From Candidatus Heimdallarchaeota archaeon B3_Heim (GTDB lineage: Archaea > Asgardarchaeota > Heimdallarchaeia > Hodarchaeales > Hodarchaeaceae): DNA of 32,000 nucleotides. The stretch is taken from NCBI GenBank assembly GCA_003144275.1, contig NJBF01000016.1:47780-79779 (forward strand). Direction: 5' to 3'. Positions 9,191-17,484 of this stretch are shown here, piece after piece. The notes under the pieces are model-generated. The model was not told the origin of the DNA. It ran no database searches and saw only the letters and a program-made list of their open reading frames with translations. Position numbers and translations under genes: made by a program. Each line of letters starts with the position of its first letter. Within the stretch, counting starts at the first letter, position 1.

Positions 9191-10324
9191 ATGAAAAAAC
9201 AAGTTGGAATTATGTTAATATTGTATTTCTTCATGCTTAGTGGTCAACCACTTACAGCAAATAATGCAACAATCAATGAACCCCTCCAAAAAATTGCCGT
9301 GATACTTGATTCACCAGAATTCTATCATTCTTCGTATACCGATGACGTTCTTAGGGGGTTTAAGTACATTAATCAGACATACCAGATTGATTTTGACGTA
9401 TTTCAGCTCGAAAATTATACACGTAACAAGATAGCCCCATATGAAGTTACTTATACTTACAATGGATCAAGTACAAATCATACTCACCTTACTGAAACTC
9501 TGATACAGACTAATCAGTATGATTTGTTTGTACTTGTAGGATATGAATTAAGGAGAGAATTTAATGTTTCAGCTTATTCTGAAACTAATTTCCTGTTTTA
9601 TGATTTAGCGGGAGCGTTTCCAACTTTTACAGGTACAAGTATTCCTGACAATCTATTTGTAGTGAGTTTTCAAGAAAATGAGACAGCCTTCATTGCTGGA
9701 TCATTAACAGTTGCAGAATTTTATCCTTTACCTCCTAAGATTGGAATAGTTGGTTCTTGGAAAGGAGACGCAAGGACTCGTCAATTGATTGCAGGGTTTC
9801 AAAGTGCTATATTTAGAAATACTACAGATATAGATATTTCGATATCTTACATCGATACATATATTGATCAAGAAAAAGTCCAGACTATTGGTTCTGAGTT
9901 TTCTAATCAGAATATCGAACTAGTTTTTACCGCTCTTCAAGCTAATAACACCTTAACTATGCTTAACTCAGTTACAAGCGGAGATGTGGTTTGTGTGGAT
10001 TTGAATCAATCCATGAGTGTGATGAAAAACAATACACGTGTGTTAACCGAAATTTTCAAATCTTTTAACGATACTCAAGGATTTTTCGGAGGTATCGCGG
10101 CCAGTTTTGGAATATCTGATAACATATTCTATGCTAATGGATGGTCTGATCCTTCGGTCGTCAATAAGACCATGGTTGAATTGTACGAGGAAGTTATAGC
10201 TGGGGACCTGATTATCCCAACCGATGTGAAGTACGCTTCAAATACTCCAAATATATCTTTGTTAATGGTTATCCTAGTTATTTTACCAATTCTATCAAAG
10301 AGAAGAAGAAGATCGATCCGATAA
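9191..10324 (+). CDS. BMP/PnrA-family ABC substrate-binding protein (probably nucleoside-binding) with a C-terminal membrane anchor
   Basis: Signal peptide; 'DLFVLVGYE', 'VSFQENETAFIAG', 'KIGIVG', 'LIAGFQ' match the BMP pattern; TM + KRRRR tail; lies directly upstream of a nucleoside phosphorylase. Confidence 0.7.
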   Translation: MKKQVGIMLILYFFMLSGQPLTANNATINEPLQKIAVILDSPEFYHSSYTDDVLRGFKYINQTYQIDFDVFQLENYTRNKIAPYEVTYTYNGSSTNHTHLTETLIQTNQYDLFVLVGYELRREFNVSAYSETNFLFYDLAGAFPTFTGTSIPDNLFVVSFQENETAFIAGSLTVAEFYPLPPKIGIVGSWKGDARTRQLIAGFQSAIFRNTTDIDISISYIDTYIDQEKVQTIGSEFSNQNIELVFTALQANNTLTMLNSVTSGDVVCVDLNQSMSVMKNNTRVLTEIFKSFNDTQGFFGGIAASFGISDNIFYANGWSDPSVVNKTMVELYEEVIAGDLIIPTDVKYASNTPNISLLMVILVILPILSKRRRRSIR

Positions 10325-10349
10325 TCCGTAAGCAGGAGTAAAAAATTAA

Positions 10350-11147
10350 ATGAAAGAGGCCCTTTGTATCATTGGTGGATCTGGATTCTATGATTTTTTA
10401 CCCTCTCCATCAGAAAAACTTGTGGAAACTCCATTTAGCCCAGAACCCGTAGTGATTTATTACTCCGAAGTAGATAATAGAGATTTGTATTTTCTACCTC
10501 GTCATGGTAAGGGCCATTCGATTCCACCCCATCGTATTAATTTCAGAGCGAATATTTATGCACTACATCATCTTTCAATCTCTAGAGTGCTATCAACAAG
10601 TGCAGTAGGTAGTGCTCAGATTGAAATCAGACCTGGAACTTATGTGCTCTTAGATCAATTTATTGATTTTATTCGTCCAATCACATTCTTTGAAGACGGT
10701 TTCAGTGTTAAATTTACTGATGGACATGAATTATCAGGTGTGGTACATACCGATATGACTCAACCTTATTGCACAGATTTACGTCACCATATTTCTGAAG
10801 TACTCTCACAAATTCCTCATTCCCGACTTCATGGGACGTATTGTTGTGCGGCAGGTCCAAGATTTGAGACCCCTGCAGAAATAAAAGCTTTCCAATCCAT
10901 GGGTGGAGATGTTGTTGGTATGACCAATTCCTCCGAAGCAATCCTCTGTCGTGAACTGGGGATATGTTACAGTTCAATTGCTGTAGTAACCAACTTCGCT
11001 GCAGGACTTCAGCAACAGGTGAATCATCAGGAAGTTATCGATTTATTTAACCAACGAGCGTCTGAGCTAAAGAATATTCTAAATGATGTAATAGAACTCA
11101 TCCCCCCAAACAAAACGTGTTCATGCAGGAGTCATCTCTCTGAATAA
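10350..11147 (+). CDS. mtnP: MTAP-family nucleoside phosphorylase, probably methylthioinosine/6-oxopurine-specific
   Basis: 'IIGGSG', 'FLPRHG.GH.IPPH.IN.RANI', 'DQFIDF', 'GPRFETPAEI', 'VVGMT', 'VTNFAAG', C-terminal CSC. Confidence 0.92.
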   Translation: MKEALCIIGGSGFYDFLPSPSEKLVETPFSPEPVVIYYSEVDNRDLYFLPRHGKGHSIPPHRINFRANIYALHHLSISRVLSTSAVGSAQIEIRPGTYVLLDQFIDFIRPITFFEDGFSVKFTDGHELSGVVHTDMTQPYCTDLRHHISEVLSQIPHSRLHGTYCCAAGPRFETPAEIKAFQSMGGDVVGMTNSSEAILCRELGICYSSIAVVTNFAAGLQQQVNHQEVIDLFNQRASELKNILNDVIELIPPNKTCSCRSHLSE

Positions 11148-11306
11148 AATCAAGTCTGAAGTCGGAAAGTGATATTTTCGCTGTTTCACTTAGATGTAAA
11201 TCATTTTAGTAAGAATTACTTTATACTCTTCGTTGAGCTTCTCGAGATAAACATCACTACACTTAAGTAAAAATTCTATTATTCTATGTCCTAGTGAGTA
11301 ATCCAC

Positions 11307-11355
11307 ATTCCAGCAAGGAAAACTTGAAATTGCTGGACCATGGAAGGTTAATAAT
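11307..11355 (+). promoter_or_regulatory. Candidate structured 5' leader of metK with two mutually exclusive pairings
   Basis: tccagcaa (11309-11316) pairs with ttgctgga (11330-11337). Alternatively ttcca (11308-11312) pairs with tggaa (11341-11345), covering the SD-like ggaaggt, with an inner caag/cttg stem. Confidence 0.3.
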
Positions 11356-12519
11356 ATGGTTCAAACAGAACATCTTTTTACTTCTGAATCAGTAACCGAA
11401 GGACATCCAGATAAAATGGCTGATGCAATATCGGATAGTATCCTTGATGCGATACTGACAAAGGACCCTGAGGCACATGTTGCATGCGAAACTTACCTTA
11501 CAACTGGTATGGCGCTTGTTGGTGGTGAAATTTCAACTAATACATATGTAGACATTCAAAAAGTGGTTCGGCAAAAAATCAAAGAAATTGGTTACGTAAA
11601 TTCAGATATGGGTTTTGATTATAAGAGCGTAGCAGTACTTAATGCTATTCATGAACAAAGTTCTGATATAGCCCAAGGAGTTAAACGGTCAACACCCGAA
11701 GAACAAGGAGCTGGAGATCAAGGGATGATGTTCGGATATGCGTGCTCGGAAACGGATTCTTTTATGCCTTTACCAATTACACTTGCCCACAGCTTAACTA
11801 GTAGGCTGGCAGAAGTACGTAAAAATGGAAAACTTCATTGGTTACGACCCGATGGGAAATCTCAGGTAACGGTTCAATACAAAGGTGGTGTACCCTCTAA
11901 AGTTCTATCTGTGGTCATTGCAGCACAGCATTCATCAGAAGTGACCCATTCGCAAATTAAAGAGGAGATCATTGAAAATGTTATCAATCCTGTTATACCA
12001 TCGATGTATCTAACCGAAAATACTGAATTCTTTGTAAATGAAACAGGACGATTTGTAATTGGAGGTCCTCACGGCGACACTGGACTTACTGGCAGAAAAA
12101 TAATTGTAGATACTTATGGTGGTGTAGGTTCACATGGTGGTGGGTGTTTTTCTGGAAAAGATCCTTCTAAAGTTGACCGTTCAGGATCTTACGCTGCACG
12201 CTGGGCCGCAAAAAATGTTGTTGCTGCGGGATTAGCGAAAAAGTGTGAGATACAAATCGCATATGCGATAGGAGTTTCAAAACCATTATCCATTTATCTC
12301 GAGACAAAAAGAACTAATAAAATCCCAGAGAAAATTATTCTTGACCTTATCAAAACATATTTTGATTTCCGACCTGGAATGATCATTCAGAGGTTGAATC
12401 TCAAGCGTCCAATTTTTGCTAAAACAGCTGCTTATGGTCACTTTGGAAGAGAAGATCCTGATTTTACATGGGAAAAGACTGATATTGCTCCTATCTTAAA
12501 AGAAAACGCAGGTCTTTGA
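11356..12519 (+). CDS. metK: S-adenosylmethionine synthetase, bacterial/eukaryotic type
   Basis: '[14 protein letters not shown]', '[12 protein letters not shown]', 'RPDGKSQVT', '[21 protein letters not shown]', '[16 protein letters not shown]', 'AAYGHFGR'. Confidence 0.98.
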   Translation: MVQTEHLFTSESVTEGHPDKMADAISDSILDAILTKDPEAHVACETYLTTGMALVGGEISTNTYVDIQKVVRQKIKEIGYVNSDMGFDYKSVAVLNAIHEQSSDIAQGVKRSTPEEQGAGDQGMMFGYACSETDSFMPLPITLAHSLTSRLAEVRKNGKLHWLRPDGKSQVTVQYKGGVPSKVLSVVIAAQHSSEVTHSQIKEEIIENVINPVIPSMYLTENTEFFVNETGRFVIGGPHGDTGLTGRKIIVDTYGGVGSHGGGCFSGKDPSKVDRSGSYAARWAAKNVVAAGLAKKCEIQIAYAIGVSKPLSIYLETKRTNKIPEKIILDLIKTYFDFRPGMIIQRLNLKRPIFAKTAAYGHFGREDPDFTWEKTDIAPILKENAGL

Positions 12520-12809
12520 TCTTCATAAACAGATTTGATTTCGTCTAAGGATTGTAAATGGTCAACGAATGATTGAACATCGTCTTTCATAACCTGAAAA
12601 TGTAGAATCGCTGAAGGATCTCCTGTTAATGTATGAGGATTCAAGTAAATTCCGAAATGATCAATGGCGCCTATTTTAATTAACTTATCGATCCGAGCTT
12701 TAACAGTGGGAACAGTAAGCATCAGTTCCTCTGCTAGTTCGGAATACGTTACACGTCCTTTCTCATTTAGTCGATTCAAAATTGTTAAATAAGAAGAATC
12801 TAAATTTAT
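12438..12809 (-). pseudogene. Lrp/AsnC-family regulator, C-terminally truncated; the frame runs 82 bp into the antisense of metK
   Basis: In-frame upstream extension gives 'INLDSSYLTILNRLNEKGRVTYSELAEELMLTVPTVKARIDKLIKIGAI', a complete Lrp HTH (start probably ATA 12809; stop TGA at 12824-12822 upstream). The RAM domain breaks after 'KSVYED' and the remaining residues are metK antisense. Confidence 0.7.
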
Positions 12810-13166
12810 TAGGGAATTAGTTCACTTCATCTGAATAACTTGTTTTGTCTAGAAAGATCAATCGATAAGTAATTACTTAAAATATTAAAGCTCTACCTAA
12901 ATTGACTACCTTTCAATTAGAAACGGGAATTTCCAATAATGATTTTCCTCTTTTGTTTCAACGAAATTAACACCTTTTAACTTGTATCTTATTATAATCT
13001 GAATCCTTTAATTTTTAAGTGCATGATCCTATAAGCGAAATTTGTAGAGGGTAAAATAAGTGAAAAGAACAAATATAGGATTTTTTTAGGATTTAGCCCT
13101 TAATCATTACTTTATTCGGATTAAATTAACTTTAAATCCACGTTCTTTAAAAATTATGGTAAAATA

Positions 13167-13172
13167 AGGTGA
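13167..13172 (+). promoter_or_regulatory. Shine-Dalgarno-like AGGTGA upstream of copA
   Basis: Archaeal SD core 7 nt before the ATG at 13180. The same hexamer occurs at 29642-29647 before cdr. Confidence 0.65.
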
Positions 13173-13179
13173 TAAAAAG

Positions 13180-16100
13180 ATGTCACAAATCCTTAAATGC
13201 GCAATTTGCGATTATACAGAACCTGTTCCAATGCATTGTAGACAATCCATGCATTTAGAATTAATTGATGGTAAAGAGCAATTAGTCTGCTGGATGGGTC
13301 CTTCTTGTGGGGTTCAGGATTTACCTGAGCATCACGGATCTCCGATGGAGCTTATTAAGTCATTGGAAGAAAAATTACCACAGAAAATAGAAGAAATTCC
13401 AATTTCCAAGGATGTAGAACAGAAAACAGAATCACGATTAGTTTGTCTGGAATGTAATTTTTCAGAAGCTATTCCAATGCATTGCAAACAACCCATGCAC
13501 ATCGAGTCAATCGGCGGTAATGAGCAATTAGTCTGCTGGATGGGTCCTTCTTGTGGTGTACAAGACATTCCAACTCATTGTGGAAAACCTATGACACTTG
13601 AGGAAGGAGATTCTTCTGAACGAGTCGATTCTCCTGAATTAGAAGATGGAGGAAAATCCTCTTCCTTTAAAGAAAAAGAAGATCCATTAAGTGGATCCTC
13701 TTCCTTGAAAAATGTTAATTTATCGATAACTGGTATGACTTGTGCCTCTTGTGTAGCTTCTGTGGAGAAAAAGTTAAGTAAAGTGAGTGGGGTACACAAG
13801 GTTAATGTAAACTTAATGACAGAAAAAGCCAATATAATTTTTGATCCCGAAAATGTTTCCATAAAGAAATTAATTGCCGATGTGGAAAGTATTGGTTATG
13901 GAGCAGAGAATCTAGAGGTGAAGGCGGGAGCTGCAAATCAGCTTGATTTAAAAATTGAGGGTATGACTTGTGCAAGTTGTGTGAGCTCTATCGAAAAATC
14001 TCTTACAAATGTTGCTGGAGTAACAAATATTACAGTAAACTTAACAACAGAAAAAGCCCACGTAAAATTCGATCCATCAGTCATCAGTGAAACTGAGGTA
14101 ATAAAGCGAATTGAAAACGTTGGATATGGGGCTACACCAATTATTTCAGATATGAGGACTGAAGATCGAGAAAAGTTAGCACGAGAACGGGAGTACAAAC
14201 GTCAAAAAATGAAATTATTATCTGCGATAATTTTTACAATTCCTGTGTTTTTATACAGTCTTGGTTATGTGTTGGGTTTAAGAATACCCTTACTGTTACC
14301 AGACCCCTTTATTCTAGGTATAAATACGAGGCAATTCGTAGTTATGTTATTCACAATACCAGTTGTGTTTATTGCTGGTTGGCAATTTCATAGGGGTGCA
14401 ATAAAAGTACTTCGTCATCGTCAGTTCAATATGGATGTTCTCATCTTTATTGGGACTAATGCGGCATTTTGGTATTCTGTTGTATCATTGTTTATCCTAA
14501 AGGGCGAAGTTTTCTTTGAAACAGCAGCATTCTTGATCACTTTTCTGCTCTTAGGGAAATTTTTAGAGGCTCGTGCAAAAGGTCAGACCTCACAGGCTAT
14601 TCGGAAATTAATTGATCTGCAAGCGAAAGAAGCAACCGTATTGGTGGAGGGTCAAGAGACAAAAATTCCTATTGAAGATGTAACTGTAGGTATGGTAGTA
14701 CTGGTTCGTCCAGGTGAGAAAATACCAGTTGATGGTTCCATCCTTGAAGGAAAATCTACAGTTGATGAATCAATGATCACTGGAGAATCTATGCCTGTTA
14801 AAAAATCTGTAGGTGACAAAGTTATAGGGGCAACAATTAATAATAATGGCCTTTTGAAAGCACAGACAAGTAAAATTGGTGCTGATTCAGCATTAGCTCA
14901 AATTGTTAAACTAGTTGAGGATGCGCAAGCATCTAAAGCTCCAATTCAGCGACTTGCGGATATTGTCTCAGGCAGATTTGTCCCATCTGTAATATTTATC
15001 TCCCTAATTACCTTTTTATTTTGGTTTAGTCTCTTTACATTTGGTATTCTACCTACATCGTTATTAACTGATCTGAATATGAGCCCTTTTGTCTTTTCTT
15101 TAAAATTAATGATAGCAGTGTTAGTGATTGCCTGTCCTTGCGCTTTAGGATTAGCTACTCCGACTGCAATTATGGTTGGTACTGGAAAGGGGGCTGAGAA
15201 AGGAATTTTGATTAAAAATGCCGAATCATTGGAGGCTGCACAAAAAATCAACGCTTTAATATTTGATAAGACTGGCACCTTAACCAAAGGGAAACCTCGT
15301 ATAACAGATATTACTGTATTAAAAAATGACTTGACTGAAGACGCTGTACTAAAGTGGGTCGCCTCTGCTGAACGAGGTTCTGAGCATCCATTAGCTCAGG
15401 CAATTCTAGAAACAGCTACTGAAAGAAAAATTTCATTATGGGAGCCTAAAGATTTTGAAGCAATTCCAGGCAAAGGGGTTCGTGTACGTGTCGATGGTAC
15501 GATTGTTACTGTAGGCAATAGAAAACTGCATAATGTAGATGGTTTAATCACAGATCCTATAGAAGCTCAAATGCAAGAATTGGAGAGCCAAGCAAAAACG
15601 GTAGTATTGATTTCTCTAAACAAAGAGCTGATAGGCCTTTTGGGAATTTCAGATCCAATCAAAGACACGAGTAAAATCACTATTCAACTTCTTCAGGAGA
15701 TGGGAATTCAAACTTACATGGTTACTGGTGATAATAATCGTACAGCTGAAGCTATTGCAAAGGAGTTAGGTATTACTGAAGTATTTGCAGAAGTTCTTCC
15801 TCAAAATAAGGCTCAGATAGTTAAAAACTTACAACAAGAAGGTAAATTCGTGGGTATGGTAGGTGATGGAATTAATGACGCTCCTGCTTTAGCACAGGCA
15901 GATGTAGGGTTTGCGATAGGAAGTGGTACCGACATTGCTATTGAAACTGGAGATATTGTCCTTATTAAGGAAGATCTTCGGGATGTAGTAGCAAGTATTC
16001 AATTAAGTAGTAAAACTCTTTCAAAAATAAAGCAGAATCTCTTCTGGGCATTTTTTTATAATGTTCTCGGCATTCCCTTAGCAGCAGGTGTTTTATTCCT

Positions 16101-16233
16101 TCCATTCGGCGTATTACTAGTTCCTGAGATAGCTGCTGCAGCAATGGCCTTTAGCTCAGTATCTGTAGTTTCAAATAGCCTCTTACTCCGATATTACTCT
16201 CCTAGTGCTCAGAATACTAAGATCCTCGCCTAG
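13180..16233 (+). CDS. copA: P1B-1 Cu(I)-translocating ATPase with two HMA domains and an extra duplicated Cys/His-rich N-terminal domain
   Basis: Two GMTCASC HMA motifs, [36 protein letters not shown] ('FFYNVLG') and MxxSS ('MAFSS'), the Cu+ subtype signature. Confidence 0.96.
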   Translation: MSQILKCAICDYTEPVPMHCRQSMHLELIDGKEQLVCWMGPSCGVQDLPEHHGSPMELIKSLEEKLPQKIEEIPISKDVEQKTESRLVCLECNFSEAIPMHCKQPMHIESIGGNEQLVCWMGPSCGVQDIPTHCGKPMTLEEGDSSERVDSPELEDGGKSSSFKEKEDPLSGSSSLKNVNLSITGMTCASCVASVEKKLSKVSGVHKVNVNLMTEKANIIFDPENVSIKKLIADVESIGYGAENLEVKAGAANQLDLKIEGMTCASCVSSIEKSLTNVAGVTNITVNLTTEKAHVKFDPSVISETEVIKRIENVGYGATPIISDMRTEDREKLAREREYKRQKMKLLSAIIFTIPVFLYSLGYVLGLRIPLLLPDPFILGINTRQFVVMLFTIPVVFIAGWQFHRGAIKVLRHRQFNMDVLIFIGTNAAFWYSVVSLFILKGEVFFETAAFLITFLLLGKFLEARAKGQTSQAIRKLIDLQAKEATVLVEGQETKIPIEDVTVGMVVLVRPGEKIPVDGSILEGKSTVDESMITGESMPVKKSVGDKVIGATINNNGLLKAQTSKIGADSALAQIVKLVEDAQASKAPIQRLADIVSGRFVPSVIFISLITFLFWFSLFTFGILPTSLLTDLNMSPFVFSLKLMIAVLVIACPCALGLATPTAIMVGTGKGAEKGILIKNAESLEAAQKINALIFDKTGTLTKGKPRITDITVLKNDLTEDAVLKWVASAERGSEHPLAQAILETATERKISLWEPKDFEAIPGKGVRVRVDGTIVTVGNRKLHNVDGLITDPIEAQMQELESQAKTVVLISLNKELIGLLGISDPIKDTSKITIQLLQEMGIQTYMVTGDNNRTAEAIAKELGITEVFAEVLPQNKAQIVKNLQQEGKFVGMVGDGINDAPALAQADVGFAIGSGTDIAIETGDIVLIKEDLRDVVASIQLSSKTLSKIKQNLFWAFFYNVLGIPLAAGVLFLPFGVLLVPEIAAAAMAFSSVSVVSNSLLLRYYSPSAQNTKILA
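13192..13599 (+). repeat. Tandem duplication of a 54-aa domain at the CopA N-terminus (13192-13353 and 13438-13599, period 246 bp)
   Basis: [21 protein letters not shown]...[22 protein letters not shown] versus [21 protein letters not shown]...[22 protein letters not shown]. Includes an exact 35-bp DNA repeat at 13276-13310 and 13522-13556. Confidence 0.97.
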
Positions 16234-16452
16234 GAGATTAATTCTAATTTCTTTTCTTTCTACCAAATTCCTCAATCTGAGTAAATTTCTGTAATTTTTC
16301 TGAAATTAGAGAAAGACGATAGAAATTTAAACACCCAAGTCATAAAAACAACTACTTGAAAGGAGTGTGGAAAGTATCTTTCACTAGAACTTACTTCCAT
16401 TCATCCTCAAATCTAAACAAAAAACTACTTCTCCAATGCTTCGGAAACAGGG

Positions 16453-17472
16453 ATGAGTTGTCAAATGTACGAGTTGGCGCCAATTCGCAAATTATCTGAG
16501 GTAGATTATGCTCGAGCTGATACATTTGGCGATAGAGCATGTTCCCTCTCACGCTTAATGGCACGAGGGTATCACGTTCCTAAGGGTATTGTAATATCTA
16601 CAAAGGTTTTCAAACGATATCTTAATACCGCTCCAGGGACGAAACGAATTGATCAGTTAATTGAGCAAGTTTCCCCTGCAACGATTAACGAAACTGCGCA
16701 AGAAATTCAGGATTTAATTAATTTTAGTCCTGTCCCAATGCAGATGGCAAATCAAATAGCTAATGCAATAACCTCACTTTTAGAAAACTCTCCTTCTCAG
16801 GCATTAATTGTCCGGACTTCCGCTAATGTGGAAGGGTCATCGCGACATGTTTGTTCTGGAAGGGGAGTACATTTCAATATGAATGATATCAGCCAAATTA
16901 TTCGTGTCGTTAAGAATTGTTGGGCATCTGCGTATACTGCTGATGTACTGAAAGATTTGATAAATGTGGGTCTTGCCCCTGATAGCGTTTGGGTGGCTGT
17001 TATTATCGAAAAAATGGTCCAGGCTAATATCAGTGGGATAATGTATGTCGAAAAAGGTAATAAGGAGGAGAAAATTCACATTGAAGCCAATTGGGGAGCT
17101 CAAGTTCACCATTCTGAGGATGGGATTTTCCCTGACCATGTCATCATAGATCCATCCGAGACAAAAATTGGAGAACCTATCGAAACATTTAATGCATATA
17201 AAAGAAAAATTTCTCATATATCTCCCGAAAATCATCAATTGGAAATTATCGAAAACGATCCTGCGAAAAGAAATGTACTTTCGCTAGATCAAGCAAAGAT
17301 TTCAACCTTAGTTCAATTAGCTAAAAAAATTCATGATGATTTTGAGGTAGGCTATATGATTGAGTTTGTATTTGATGAAACTGACACCTTGTGGTTATTG
17401 GACGCTGTACCACTTTCGGTCCATAAGAATCTCCATAAAATAGGTCAATCTTCGATGGTTAAAACGACCTAG
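16453..17472 (+). CDS. Stand-alone PEP-synthase/PPDK N-terminal (ATP-grasp) domain with degenerate catalytic motifs
   Basis: 'GYHVPKGIVIST', 'IVRTSANVEG', 'VKNCWASAY', 'AVIIEKMV', 'SGIMY', 'IEANWG', 'PDHVI', 'IEFVF...LWLLDAVP' align with the PPDK_N motifs. No phospho-His or C-terminal domain. Confidence 0.85.
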   Translation: MSCQMYELAPIRKLSEVDYARADTFGDRACSLSRLMARGYHVPKGIVISTKVFKRYLNTAPGTKRIDQLIEQVSPATINETAQEIQDLINFSPVPMQMANQIANAITSLLENSPSQALIVRTSANVEGSSRHVCSGRGVHFNMNDISQIIRVVKNCWASAYTADVLKDLINVGLAPDSVWVAVIIEKMVQANISGIMYVEKGNKEEKIHIEANWGAQVHHSEDGIFPDHVIIDPSETKIGEPIETFNAYKRKISHISPENHQLEIIENDPAKRNVLSLDQAKISTLVQLAKKIHDDFEVGYMIEFVFDETDTLWLLDAVPLSVHKNLHKIGQSSMVKTT

Positions 17473-17484
17473 AATTAATTATCA

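Noticed and set aside
13656-13706. 12-bp direct repeat atcctcttcctt in the CopA linker
   Set aside because: Encodes Ser-rich low-complexity linker; a trivial local duplication.
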